This document shows positions 38,721-52,631 of a stretch of DNA of 64,000 nt, piece by piece. Origin of the DNA: Octopus vulgaris (Eukaryota); NCBI GenBank assembly GCA_951406725.2, contig OX597816.1:80166001-80230000 (forward strand), in the 5' to 3' direction. The first letter of the stretch is position 1; the number at the start of each line of letters is the position of its first letter. The translations under genes and the position numbers were made by a program. Below the pieces are notes generated by a model, which ran no database searches, was not told the DNA's origin, and saw only the letters and a program-made list of their open reading frames with translations.

Positions 38721-39018
38721 TCCGAGAAATTTATCATTGAAAGATCAATGAAGCTACAATATCTGTATTTATGTTGTTTCATTGATAACACAAAAAGTAT
38801 TTGATAACAATAAGCTACGAAGAAGTCATCATCTTAGAAGGTATAAAGTTAAATAGAAAAGTCTTACGATTAATCAAAAATATATTGGCAACAAGCAGTA
38901 GCAATTAGATTCGGAAAATCCTTAATTCATTAATTCTAATGGATTTAATCTGGAAAGAAAAAAACATCAATTGAGTTATCAGCTGCTAAAGTGTGTATAC
39001 ATTTTTTGGAACCCTGTA

Positions 39019-40263
39019 TATGTATACCTTGATTTTGCAAAAGCTTTTGACAAGGTGGATCATGGTATGATATGCCACAAACTACGTGACCTCGGCATAG
39101 CTGGAAAACTTGATGTGTGGTCGCATCACTTCCTGAAAGATAGGAGTCACGCAGTAGTGGTTAATGGAGCCACCTCTATGAACACACAAATAGTGAGCGG
39201 TGTTCCACAGGGCACTGTCTTGGAACCACTGCTTTTTATAGTGGCCCTCTCAGATATGCCCTCAAATGCCCGGATAGCCACTCTGGCCAGCTATGCAGAC
39301 GATACGAAAGTCTCGCAGAAAATACAGAACCCCAGCGATGCTGCACACCTGCAGCAGGAGTTGGACTCAATCTACAGATGGGCTGAGGATAATAATATGC
39401 AGTTTAATGCTGAAAAATTCCAGGCCCTGCGCTACCAGCATCCAAAACTGAATATTAAACTTACAGGATACACCGGTCCACAGGAAATTTCAATCCCAGA
39501 GCCTAAGTCTGTGAGGGACCTGGGTATCGACATAAGTGATGATACCTCTTTCCAAGTGCACATTACCAGGATGGCGACAAAGTGCAGACGACTGACTGGG
39601 TGGATCCTAAGAACATTCAGAACCAGAGATAAGGAAATCATGATGGTCCTCTGGCGGACATTCGTCCTCAGTCGCCTGGATTACTGCTCACAGCTATGGT
39701 CACCCACCAGTGTAAAATTAACAGCAGACCTTGAAGCAATCCAGAGAAGATTCACAAAGAAGATCGTCTTTTTGCAACAGCTCAGCTACTGGGAAAGGTT
39801 GAAACAGCTAAGACTCTACTCCCTGGAGAGAAGACGTGAGAGGTATGCAGTAATATATGTCTGGAAGATCCTGGAAGGAATTGTGCCAAATTTTGGCATT
39901 GTAAGCTACACCAATGCTACAACGGGACGACACTGCATAGTGCCAAAGATCTCAGCAATGCCATCACGCTTCAGGACCAGCTTCTGCAACAGCCTGGGTT
40001 TCAAGGGCCCACAGCTTTTTAATATTCTCCCAAAGAGTCTGAGGAACTTGCACAAAGTAGATGTAGCGGTTTTTAAATCAAAGCTGGACATCTTCCTGTC
40101 AAGAGTCCCAGATGAACCTACCTCACGGCAAGAGGTGCAAATGAGAGTAGCTGTATCAAACTCCATTCTTCACCAAGTGCCACATATTAGACGAGGTTCG
40201 TCGTAATAACAGTGTAGCACAAAACGGCGGTGCATCAGCATGGCTGCAGCTCTGAGCTGAAAC
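39019..40263 (+). mobile_element. CR1-group LINE, 5'-truncated, open RT frame to stop at 40206
   Basis: YLDFAKAFDKVDHG..SGVPQGTVLEPLLF..SYADDTK..YWERLKQLRLYSLERRRERY; 3' end ggcggtgcatcagcatggctgcagctctgagctgaaac. Confidence 0.92.
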
Positions 40264-40431
40264 CAGGAAAAAAAATGTACATGTATAACTTAGAATAACT
40301 TAGAAAGATTTTGGCCAGTATTCTTAAACGACTACTGAAGACATCCTATGCAGAGAAAATAACGCAAGGTGAAGCCCCTAGACAAGCAGAACCGCCCCCC
40401 CCAACCACAACCACCTGCCGTTCATTTTGGA

Positions 40432-40680
40432 GGAGCGTAGCTTAGTGCTTAGGGTGTTAGAATGATGATCGCAAGATTGAGGTTTCGATTCCTGGACCAA
40501 GCGATGCGTGTGTTCTTGAGCAAAACACTTCATTTCACGTTGCTCCAGTCCACTCAGCTGACAAAATGAGTAATCCCACGACGGACCTACGTCCTGCCCA
40601 CGTGGGGAATATATACGCCATGGAAACCAGGAAACTGGCCTCTATAAGTCGGCACGAATCAAGAAGGTGAATTTATCTTT
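40432..40680 (+). mobile_element. tRNA-headed SINE family D
   Basis: A box tagcttagtg, B box gtttcgattcc, core cttgagcaaaacacttcatttcacgttgctccagtccactcagctg. Confidence 0.7.
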
Positions 40681-41454
40681 GCCTTTATTTACATGTAGTT
40701 CATTAGACTTCATATGCGATGACAAAGTCTTTAACAATTGTAGAACACTCGAAGATGACCAAGAGGAAGATGAAAAAGGCAGAGAGAAAAGCTAACTGCT
40801 GGACTTACCAGCAATTGATTAAAAGACCGACTCAGTTATTTACTGAGTTGTTTGTGGGACTTGGAGGCCCATGATTGTCGGCGCCTGTAGAGATGGAGTA
40901 TAAAGAAAGAGCTGTCCTCGGTAAAAGTTCGTTGTCACTGTTGTATGTATGTATGTATGTATGTATGTATGCATGTATGTATGTATGTATGTATGTATGT
41001 ATGTATGTATGTATGTATGCATGTATGTATGCATATATGTATGTGTGTATGCATATGTGCGTATGTTTGCATGAATGTTTATATAATATGTATATTTGTA
41101 TGTATTTATATATATGTGTCTGTGTATGTATGTGTATATACATGCGTACATTCCATCTCGCTGGTCATAGGAAGGGAACTTTCTCTTTTGTCAGTCGTTA
41201 GAAAAGTGCACTCACGTTGTTTTGACTCTTATTTCTAGCAATGCTGATTCTTAGTAGCACCCTCCATCACTTTAGTGATGACTGTACTTGTTGCCTATTG
41301 GTTCTAAATTGCGAACAGCCATCTTGATGTGTGTGCATGTTTGAGAATGAGTTTCAATGCGGATATGTTGAAACATGAATTAAACTGCATACACGAACAC
41401 GTGCGAGCGTATATGTTATGTGTGTGTGTGCGCGCGCGCGCGTGTGCACGTGTT

Positions 41455-41636
41455 TGTCTTTGTGTCTGTGTTACGTCTCCGTAACTTAGCGGTTCGGCAC
41501 AAGAGACCGATAGAACAAGTATTAGGCTATATAAAAAATAAGCCCTGGGGTCGATTTGTTCGACTAAAACCCTTCAAAGCGGTGCTCCAGCATGGCTGCA
41601 GTCAAATGACTGTAACTAACAGGTAAAAGAGTAAAA
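41455..41636 (+). mobile_element. SINE family A, 3' half, followed by (GATA)n
   Basis: cgtaacttagcggttcggca..gcggtgctccagcatggctgcagtcaaatgactg. Confidence 0.75.
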
Positions 41637-41637
41637 G

Positions 41638-41718
<81 letters not shown>

Positions 41719-42541
41719 TTTGTAACTCTAGAAATCATCGGATTTATGTTAGGACTAGATGTTAAATTTTGCAACTTATTGACAATGTGGGAATGAAAAA
41801 TCTGTATACTGACTTGTGGTACGTTTACATGTTTACTTATCAGAATGCGAATTTTCGTGTTGGTGGATGTGTTGTCATCATCGTCATTGTTGTTATTGCT
41901 ATTGTTGCTGCCGTTGTTATTGCTTATGTCTTTGGTCAACCCTGATTGAACAGATATATGGTAAAAAGCGTTTCTGTAGTGACCATCACGTCCAGGCATA
42001 GCATAACTGAACGTACTGGAGCATGTTAATGAATCATTCAGAAATTTCAGGTATGACGCTAGCAATTGTACCTTATATCATACACACTACATGCTTAGAG
42101 CTAAACGAGTCATCTTTTTTCGAGTATCTGAGATTGGAGGAAAACAATGGCATTCTTCTGAATGCTTTCGACAAAGTGGCCTCCGATAAATCACCCATTA
42201 ACCAGGTGTTGATGTTTGAACAGGATCACGCTGTCCAGTGGGTTGCCACATAGTTTCAAACAAATTTTATACAGATTTTGGTTGACTGAAGCTTATGGCG
42301 GGGAAAACACTTGCTCAAGGTAACACATAACATACTGGATTCCGAACTGCATAGTTGTGAATCGAACTCTTTGCAGATGGCTTACGAAAGCCTGATTACA
42401 TGGTCCATGCCAACGCCTTGAAGTAGCAGGTACGAATCCCTAAAATCGAGCCTTACTGTCTTAAAAACATTCAATTTTGTAGTACTAGCCATTCCTTTAA
42501 AAACCCTAGATGGCCAAGACTGGAATAATTTTCAGTATGTG

Positions 42542-42754
42542 TACGAGAAGGTGGGTGTGAAAAGTTCCTGGTTTTAAGGGTGTCGCGAAAAGCCTGGTTG
42601 GAGGCCCAACTTTCCGAGTTTTATAGGGCTTAGAAAAACTGAAGGACCGCTATAAGTGTGTGAATCTGAGAGGGGAATGTGTTGAATAATATCATAACCG
42701 ATCCTCCTGTATTTTCTTCTATCCCAAGCCAGGAAATTTTCAGCACCCTTCGTA
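42542..42754 (+). mobile_element. Mariner-derived MITE
   Basis: TA-flanked TIRs tacgag..gtgaaaagttcctggttt / aagccaggaaattttcagcacccttcgta; retains transposase end KCVNLRGECVE*; second copy at 54411. Confidence 0.85.
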
Positions 42755-45700
42755 TACTCTATATGATGGTAAACTTCGAGAATAAACAACTTCGAGTCTG
42801 ATGTAATACTGGAAACAGGATATTAATCGCCGACTACTCGACATATTGTCCAGTGTTCTATCAACTTAGTGGGGCTGACACAGCGATAAAATGTTTCCTT
42901 GTGTAAAAATTAACGCTTTATCATCAATTTAATATGTATTACAAAATAATTTATTGTCCTTATACTACAAGTATCCTGCTTCTATTGTTGTAGGGTTATT
43001 AACTTCATATCATATTTCATATTTTCTTCTCATGAAGTAAAGCAATACATTATATTAAAAAGCTGCCATTAATTTGCAAATTTCAGTTTCCGGACTATTG
43101 CTACATAAGTATTTTACTTTCCTCTTAGGAGTGTCATACAATACGCTCTTATCTGCTTCCTTTTCTTCATCTTTAGTAGGAATACCTCACGCTTATTACT
43201 TCTGCTTTCATTATTTATTGAGTTATTGATTTAATAATTGGTTTCTGTAGTCACAATCCCCATTTTTAATAGCTTTCACCACTATACTGATCGATTCGAA
43301 GTACTTTTGTTTTGTTTTTCGTGAACAATTATTGCATTGAAAGCTTTGAAAAACAAACGAAATAAGAGGATAGACTAGAAATATTCTCTCGGGGAGGTCT
43401 ATTAATTATTCTTATTATAATTCCTTAAATTTTTGCTACTTTTATCAATAGTTAGCGAAGTGAAATATCATATTTGTCATTGAACATTTCGTGAATACGT
43501 CATCAATTTAAAATGTCCTCAATGATTATCGATATTTCATTTTCCTACTTCCTTCAGTTATTGGAGTGCGGCTATACTGTGGCACAACATTGAAAGGTGT
43601 AGTCGAAGACATTGACGCGCACGCATACATGCACACATACATGCATACATATCAGAAAGAGAGAGAGTGGGAGAGGGAGGGAGAGAGAGCAAGAGAGAAA
43701 GAAAGTGAGAAAAATGCTGAGAAATAGCTGAAAATTCGCCAAATTTTTATGTATATATATCTATTTTTTGTCTAATTAAAGCAAACTTAACTTTTTAACA
43801 TAAGGTGGAAATACTTTTACTTTCTATATTTGTATGTATGAAAATAAAAACATGGAGACATTTTTTTCACAGAATAAATATTTTCGCATTATAATCTAAC
43901 TGAAAATATATTAGTGTACGTATTCATAGGTTAAGTTTCGCATATATAGCACAAGTGAAAAGCAGAGAAGGAAAATAAGGGAGCACATGTTACTTTGAGC
44001 AGATTCTTTTTTATAAACAAAGGTTTTAGCGAATACAATTGTGTTTTGCGGTAAAAAGGGATTTTGTAGAGGAAGAAAATAATCTTTAACTTACCGGGAT
44101 CCGGTTTACATTGATATTCAATGTTTCCAAAGTTTTGGGTAATTTTTTCCATGTGCAAAATTCATGAACAAGGAGGCAAGCTGAAGGATACATTATCTTA
44201 ATATATTTTCATTTTCATAATTTTATAAGGTCGATATTTCGTGATGTTATTCCACTCACCATAATTTAACAAGCAACATTTGAATTACTTATTTTCTTTT
44301 TTTAAACTTAAAGTTTTAAGATACTTATGTAAATTTTATTGGTATATTATTTGTTAGCATGGAAAAAGCGGTTGTCATGTTTTGGAAAATGCATTACATC
44401 TATAAAAGCATATTTTTAAACAGTCTTATTCTTTGTAATAATACAATAATGCGAGTATTATTTCCCATATATTTTTGTCAACACAAATTTTCATCACTTT
44501 CAATTCTGAGTGCTATTTGCTGTTTTCTCCAAAATGTTCCTTTCTATATGAGGATGTTTTTTTTTTTGATATTTTGTCATTCCTTTTCATAATATTATGG
44601 ATTTGGTTAGTATGCTTTGTTTTCTTCGAAACGGAATTCTATCCTCTTCATAATGGCGAAATTCTACACATGAGCTGGTTTGCAATATTTACCGCGTCTT
44701 TTAGCAGGATTTCTTCTTTTGCGCATTGAGATATAGAAAGATTTTAGTTTATTATCTGCATTTTTGTTATATTATATTTTCGAACCATAGATGTGCATTA
44801 GCTTTGTGCATTCTTTATATGTTCTTTCCTCCTGTCCTTTTTATATCATGAAATGTTTCTATTTATTGTATATTCAATATCCATGATTATTGTACACTGA
44901 TAGATTTTGATGTTTTCTCTATTAGGTAGGAAACTATTTTAATGTACAGTCTCATCACAACCTTAGATGGTTGCGTAGTGTTAACACCGCAGGGAACAAA
45001 TCACAGGAGACACGATTTACAGTAGCAGGCTAGTTCATCTGTGAGCAGCATTCATCGTATAATTATATAATATATTGGCACAAGGTGGGAAAGCATTGAG
45101 GTAGTTAACCATTTCACTGGAAAACTAAATTTCGTGGTTATTCCAGTAATGATATTAAGTATCTACCAAAACATAGAACTGGTATTTTCTGCAAGTTCTG
45201 TCGTTTCAATAAACTTGATATCTCCCAACAGAAAATAGTATCAAAGGTCACATTTCTCAACAACTGCTTTACGTTGGTAAGTGTAATGGAATTTTGAGCA
45301 GATCTATCTGCTTTCCGCAATAGAAGGTTTAATATTCGATTGAATTGCATCCTTTGTACAAGTTTTTTGTTGGAAATACCCACAAGAAATAGAAACTATA
45401 GTTGATTCTTGCGATTCAGGGAAGCTTGAGCAAATATTTCACGGTCTAGTACAGTAAATTACCGTTCATTTCACTACTTAGTTTCCCATTGGATTATAAG
45501 ATTTATTCCTAGCATTAGTGGAAAATATAAAAAGGAAGAAATATTGGAGAAGAGCATTGAGGCTATCTAAATACTTCCCTGCAACATATTTTCATCGACC
45601 TTCCAAGTATAAAACCGAAGTCAACCACCGTATGAGCATTGAACTTGGATCATAAAAAGACGCTAAATACTGGAAGCTTTTTATCTGATATTGCGTCGAT

Positions 45701-46399
45701 TCTACCAATCTCTCGATATTCTATCGGAATATAAATATTTCTAAGTTTGGCACAAGGACAACAACTTTGAAAGGAGGGGGCAAGTCGATTACAGCATTCC
45801 CACTGCTTGACTAGGACTTATTTTATCAACCTCGAAAGTATGAAAGGTAAAGTTGACCTCGACAGAATTTAAACTCAGAACGTAAAGATCTGGAAGGAAG
45901 GCTACTGAGAATTCTGGAAGTTCACTGCGTAAGAGTATAATAATGTTACCTCAGGGAGTGTAATAAGAGTTTCAAGAAGAGACACAGTACCTAGTTTGTC
46001 TAAGTGGACTACTAAATAAACTTGATATTATCGAACCCAATAACTTTGGTGCATTTGTATTACTGATACTGGGAGGGAAAATGTTAAAGTCTACTCCTTT
46101 TGCACTGTATTCAAGGTGTTAAGTGCCATAACTGGATAATGCAATATATTTTATCCTACGCTTTCGGGATTCTGTCAATCCGCTTAACTTCTATTAGATT
46201 CTATTCGTTAATTTTTTAGCTGGTTTCAGTAACCAAACTGCGAACACCATAAAATTTCCCCGCCACATTTTAAAATATCTGGAAGAATATAATTGCGTTC
46301 AAATGTTGCTGAGGTAAGCTTTAACTTTTTCTAAGTACAATATAATAAAGTGAAATGGAAAACTTAGGTCAGCTGACATTTTGTAAGCAATTGGTAGAC

Positions 46400-46940
46400 A
46401 AATATTTGCTCTGGTAGAATTCAAAACCTAAAAATAGCAAGGAAGGAGGTACCTCAGGTAAATCATGGCCAGGAACAGCTATGCCACACGGACACGGAAA
46501 TGGAATCGGAAATGGAGTCGGAAATGGTCCGAATGACCGGAGTGGTAAGCAGCCTCCCAGGTTCAACAAAACAACCAGAAATCACCAGGAAGAGTTGCTT
46601 GAAGCCGGATTTCACATTCCACTCCAGTTCATCAAAGCAACTGGTTTTGATTGAACTCACTGTGCCATTTGAAAGCAGGATAAAAGAAGCACACAATCAA
46701 GAACGAAAAATACGCCAGTCTAAGAACCTGAGGGAAGTCAACTTTCGGGTCAAAGTCCGCGTCACAGAGGTTGGAATCAGAGGTTTTTTGAGCAAATTTG
46801 ATTACGATCTAACGAAACAACTCTCAGTCTCTGTGAAGAATAGGACCAAAGTTCTAAAGGAAGTATCAGAGATAGCGGAGAGGTGTTCCTGCTGGATCTG
46901 GTCGAAGAGGAAGAAAAACGACATTCAGACTATTTGAAGG
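46400..46940 (+). mobile_element. HERO-like RLE non-LTR retrotransposon endonuclease fragment
   Basis: KPDFTFHSSSSKQLVLIELTVPFESRIKEAH..EVGIRGF..AERCSCWIWSKR matches the PD..ELTVPxE..EVGxRGF..WxWxKR pattern. Confidence 0.7.
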
Positions 46941-47773
46941 AAATATTTTTGTATTTTAATACTAAGAGAAGTAACTTTGAGTGAGTCACCGTGATAGCGT
47001 AGACGTTCCACTGCCACCAAGACAACCGACGTTATTTCTTATTTAAGTATAAGTTTGAAAGCTGAGCCAAAGGAGAGGAGTTCCAGCTGGATGAAATCTC
47101 CAAGTGATGAAATCTCCAATACACAAGTCTCCGATGTCCAAGTGGCTAAAAAGTGCCAACAGAAGGGTATCCAGGATTTATGACCTGGATGCAGCCAGGA
47201 CTTCTTAGAATGTAAGAAGGGCCGAAACAAATGCCTGAGGTGAGTTCATTCTCTGAAGACCTTATGCTGTTCAGCTGTCTTGAGAATTTCTTACCACTAT
47301 CTGCTTGTTTGTTCTTAGCCCCTCCCATCTACCGCTTTACAACCAGTGTTGGTTTGTTTAACGGTTCGATAAAAGAAACGATAGAATAATCAACAGGCTT
47401 TAAAAAAAAAAGGACTGGGGTCGATTTATTCAAGAAGGTGCCCAGTATGGCCATTGTCCAACAACTGAAACAAGACAGAGGATACATATATGCATTCGTG
47501 CAAGCATGCATGTATATATGTACGTATGTATGTATGTCTGCAAATATGCGGAGAGAAAGAGAGAAACGGGGAGAGTGAGAAAGAGAGAGAGAGAGAGAAG
47601 GAGAAAGATAGAGAAAAAGGGAATTTGATGATGTTAATTATCAATATTTCTTACAGAAAACAGCTCAGTAGAATATGCTTCACTGAGAAGTCTAATAAGA
47701 TTGAAACATGTTTCTTACTTTCACAAGTTAGTTGATTTTAAAGACCAGATGCACTACTATTTGTATGAATTTA

Positions 47774-47984
47774 ACTCTTTACTCTTTTATTTGCTTCAGT
47801 CATTTGACTGTGGCCATGCTGGAGCACCACCTTTAGTCGAACAAACCGACCCCAACCATATTCTTTGTAAGCCTAGTACATATTTTACCAGTCTCTTTTT
47901 CCGAACCACAAAGTTACAGGAACATAAACACACCAGCATCGGTTGTCAAGCGATGGTGGACAGACACACCCACACACACACGTG

Positions 47985-48015
<31 letters not shown>

Positions 48016-48185
48016 ACACACACACGACGGGCTTCTTTCATTTTCCGTCTACCAGATCCAATCACAAGGCTCTGGTCGGCCCGAGGCTATAGAAGACAGT
48101 TGCCCAAGGTGCCATGCAGTGGGACTGAACCTGGAACTATGTGGTTGGTAAGCAAGCTCTTTACACCACACAGCCACTCCCGTAC
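47774..48185 (-). mobile_element. SINE family A
   Basis: Reverse complement of 28325-28778. Confidence 0.85.
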
Positions 48186-49068
48186 CTAACTGTTCGAAAA
48201 CTTCGATCAAATCCTCTTATAACACTAACTTCCTTTATTGCTTTAAAATTTTAAACACCTCTGCAGTTTTTTTTTCCTTAATTGCATAAATGATTTCAGT
48301 TGATCGCAGTTTTTTATTTCACTATACTGACCCTACCCTGTTTGTATTTTTTATGCAGAACCCTCTACTAGGGTATTTTTCCTGAATCATATAATTTATC
48401 TTTTATATAGTGAAGGCCCGTAGCTTAGTGATAAGGATGTTCGCTTCACTATCATAGTGTCATACCTGCGACGCGTTGCCCTTAGATAAAGTATTGCATT
48501 TTACGTGACTCGGGTCTACTTAGCTGAAAACAAGTACCAGATGAGTGCTTGTGCATTCTCTTTCTCTCTCTGTCTCTGCCTGTCTCTCACTCCCAACTTT
48601 CACACTCTTGGAGGTACTGCTAGATGAAAGGGTGGGAGTGCTGAGAGAGTGTCTCCATCTGGTCATCACCGAATAGACACCTAAAACAGCGAGATGAAGC
48701 ATGTTTGATGTCAACTAACCATTTTAGTTCACAGGAGACGGATGGCTCTTGAATAAGATCTGTTGTAAAGAAACCAGTTCAGTCGACTGTATATCGCAAA
48801 TAGCTGTCGTTTACTAATGTAAGGAAAACTTAACATTATCATTATAGACAATATAGTGACAAAAGCTCATGTGCGGGATTAAATACCTCATGGTATTTAA
48901 TTGAGCACCATTACGTTCACATGTCGTGGTACATATTGCCTTCAACGTCCTAATGTTAACAAAATGAATAGGCGTAGTGGTTAAGAGCGCGAGCTGCTAA
49001 CCCCAAGATTCCGAGTTCGATTCCAGGCAGTGACCTGAATAATAATAATGATGATAATGATGATGATA

Positions 49069-49103
<35 letters not shown>

Positions 49104-49242
49104 AATGATGATGAGGATGATGATAATGATGACGATGATGATGATCATCATCATGGTGATGATGATGATGATGATGATGATGAAGATGATGATCATGATG
49201 ACGACGACGACGATGATGATGATGTAGTACCAGACAGTGGCT

Positions 49243-49792
49243 TGCTCTGATGCAGTACCAGGCAGTAGCTCTCGTAGCTTTTGAGCTTAACTGATTGGAA
49301 GTGTTATCATGTACATTGTTTTGTCTTGGTATAAAAGATGGGCTACAGCAAATATTCTGCTCAATACCACAGATTTGCTTGTCAGTTGTTTGACCGTAAC
49401 CAGTTGAGCATGTTCCTTAGTGGCTGACGATATGTGCATCTCTGACCACGAGCAGAAGTAGTGGGGGAGCATCATAGCCATGTGTTGAGAAGGATTGTTT
49501 GGTGTTTGAATAATTCACCCCTGGAAACATGGGTGTTTCGTTCAACATCCTTAAACAACCGTTGTGCAGGGACCTTTTCAGCGGGATGGGTTACTCGACC
49601 TGAAGAAAATTCTAACTGGGCCCCACTTGCAAGCTCATGTGCTGTTTATCTTAATATCACAATGTCGCGCACATATGGTTGTGATGCATGTACCTAGTGT
49701 ATCCTTATCAGACGGATAGTCATGATGGGTATACTGGGCTTCGTATATTTTACCCCAGTGTCACTTTGATGGCATGCACTGCTCTCTCACTC
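49243..49792 (+). mobile_element. Non-autonomous element family C
   Basis: Reverse complement of 10133-10696; ends cactc-aataataat; partial duplicate of its 5' end at 49221-49242. Confidence 0.8.
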
Positions 49793-49856
49793 AATAATAA
49801 TAACAACATTAAAAAATACCTTAGGAATGAGAACCCAGGTTCGAAATTTCCTCAAC

Positions 49857-49901
49857 ACACCTGATGAAGGCTGGAGGGTATATCAGCCGAAACGTTGTGT
49901 T
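49857..49901 (+). ncRNA. Minimal type I hammerhead ribozyme (PLE-type)
   Basis: ACAC-CUGAUGA-A-GGCUG(gaggguauau)CAGCC-GAAACGUU-GUGU: 4-bp helix I, 5-bp helix II, helix III reduced to palindromic ACGU, GUU triplet. Confidence 0.7.
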
Positions 49902-52164
49902 AACAACAAACAAGATGAGGACAAATATCAGTCAATTGTAAATAATGTAAATAATGTAATATATAGTATTTAAATTTTCTTCACAAGTGAATTATTTTGG
50001 AAATTATAATAAATTTTTCGAAAAGTCCCAAATGGGGATTACTGGGAAAAAGCATATTTATCCTTTTCTATTCAATAGCAATAATAAACATTTTAGTTTT
50101 TTTTTTTTTTGAAAATATAGAATCAAATGCGAATGTGTAGGATGTATCAATGACTGATATAGATGAGAAATAAAAAAAGAAGTTTTCAAAACAGTCAATA
50201 TTTTTGTAGTTCAAAAATTGCGATTTACGACATAGAATTAACCAGAGATAACAATGGCAAACTTTACTAAATACTGTTAAACACACCTCTGCAAATGCAA
50301 TGCACATAAGTAACTCACTTTAAATACAACGAACAACCAGCAGTGAAGCTGTTTTTAACAGATACCCCAAATGAGGCTCATGGCAGGGACTAAATTCATT
50401 TCGCTAAAATTCCATGACCTAACGTTGAAAGAACGGTAAGTAGCTGGATCGATAGAGGGTAGAGCTATCTATCGTAGTTTTATTTTTATTTATGTGCTAT
50501 CATTTTTTAAGAGCAAATCTATATTTGTTTAAGTTTCAAGTTGAAAGATCCATATTGTCGTCCCTCTGCCCAAGTCTAGAAAATTAATCAAGTAGCAGTA
50601 AAATACTGTGGTTGATTTAATCTATTACGTCGGCCTCTTCAAAAATTTTATAGTTCTGTGCTAATGTAATAAGTTATTACTACGTTGTGTTGAAACAAAT
50701 TACTTGCCAAGGATTCTGCCGCCTAGTTTTATCATTTGCATATGTGTATATTTATATTGTAATTGTGCGTGTGTCTATTTGTATGTATGCACGTATGTAT
50801 ATATGTGTGCGCCCGAGCACGTACGAATAAGTCTTTATATCAGTGTGGCATGTATTGTAGGTGTTGTTTGACGTAATATCTTAGTTGAAGCATTGAAGAT
50901 TAATGAGTTTCACTAAAGGTTAGAATTCGCTTCGTTGTTTACAACTTGCCAGTTGACGATAACTCTTTCACGTAATGCTGCTTCCTTGATATACTTCACT
51001 ATAGTGGTATTGATACTCAAGCACATTCCATTAATTGCATTGAAAAGTCCTGAATCTTGCTTAAACTTAATGAATGAAATCATTAAGCGCAGAGAAACCT
51101 TTTCGAAGATATGATAATTTGTAAAATTCTACGGTTGTTGACGGACACATTCGGAACTCGATAAATAATTCACAGGGAAATGAAATATGCTACTGCTTTA
51201 ATTATTGTCGTTGCTGCTGTCATGTATTGCTCCTTAGTTCCTATATGAGCTTCGTCCACCAGGGGCTTTGCTCACCGAATTTAACATTTGAACTCGGAAT
51301 GCAGCTAGAGATTTGCCACCCACCGCCACCACCACTACCACTACGGTAATCCACCACCGCTGCCACCGAAGAGAAGTAAAATTCTGACTTCTTACACGAT
51401 CATATACTCGCTGAGTTATGAATGATATTATCGATTAAATTGATTTAAGACATAACTGGTATTTATTATATCAACTCTTGAGAGATGAAAAGCTAAGTCG
51501 ATATTGGCGTGGTTTTATGATTTTGCTATTAAACATGAAGCAACCTATTGGCAGAGTTGTTAGATCGTCGAATAAATTGCTTTTATGACCATCGTCACGC
51601 TTCTCTGCGTCCTGAGTTCAAACTCGGTCAAGGTCGAATATGCCTTTCATACTTTCGAAGTTAATAAATGAAGACTGGTACAGAGGAGCCAATCCGTCTG
51701 TCTGTCTATCTTTTTTTCTCTCTCTCTCTTTGTTTCTCTCTTTCTCTTTCTCACCTCTCTCTTCCACTCTCCTTTCCCCCGCTTTCTCTCTCTCTCCCAA
51801 TCTCTTTCTGAGAAATTAATTGTAGTGAGACTTGGAAACGGATGAGTTCTATCCGATTTAATTATGCCCAAGATACACCGTGAGGCACACAAGCAACCCA
51901 AAGATTCAATCCAGCAGTTGAGGACCCAAGGCATGAGGCAATATTAAACATACTTGTACATGGATGCAAGTAAAAATCTAAAAGTTTCGACCCATAACTC
52001 ATCCGTAGTATTAGATAATATGCGAAACTTTTTCACGAAATAAAATTAATATCTATTTTATTGACTGCGAAGGAAAGGTAGGCAAAGCCGACTCAGATGT
52101 GAATGTATTTAGATAATGCACATACGTGTGTGTGTAAATACATCGACATATGTGGACATGTAGC

Positions 52165-52433
52165 AATACATACATACATACATACATAACTACACACACA
52201 CACACACACACATATGTACACACATATATATACATATATATACATATATACATATACATATATATATATACATATATATACATATACATACATATACATA
52301 TACATATATATATACATACATATATAGATATATATACATACATATATATACATATACATATATATACATATACATACATATATATATACATATACATACA
52401 TATATATATACATATACATACATATATATACAT

Positions 52434-52476
<43 letters not shown>

Positions 52477-52630
52477 CATACATACATATATATATACATA
52501 TACATACATATATATATATACATATACATACATATATATATATATACATATACATACATATATATATATATACATATACATACATATATATATATATATA
52601 CATATACATACATATATATATATATATATT
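52165..52630. repeat. (TA)n/(TACATA)n microsatellite
   Basis: Direct inspection. Confidence 0.95.
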
Positions 52631-52631
52631 G

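Larger units (their letters stand above)
48971..49960 (+). mobile_element. tRNA-headed SINE-like element with internal (AAT/GAT)n and 3' hammerhead, interrupted by a family C insertion
   Basis: A box ggcgtagtgg, loop ctgctaa, B box gagttcgattcc at 48971-49036; AAT tract resumes at 49793; hammerhead at 49857-49901; ends in tgtaaataa repeats. Joining head and tail into one element is inference. Confidence 0.6.

Noticed and set aside
48971-49036. tRNA-Ser gene
   Set aside because: No 5' acceptor strand, no long variable arm and a weak anticodon stem; better read as a SINE head
49243-49300. HDV-like ribozyme at the 5' end of family C
   Set aside because: Plausible for an R2/R4-related element, but I could not build the nested double pseudoknot by eye
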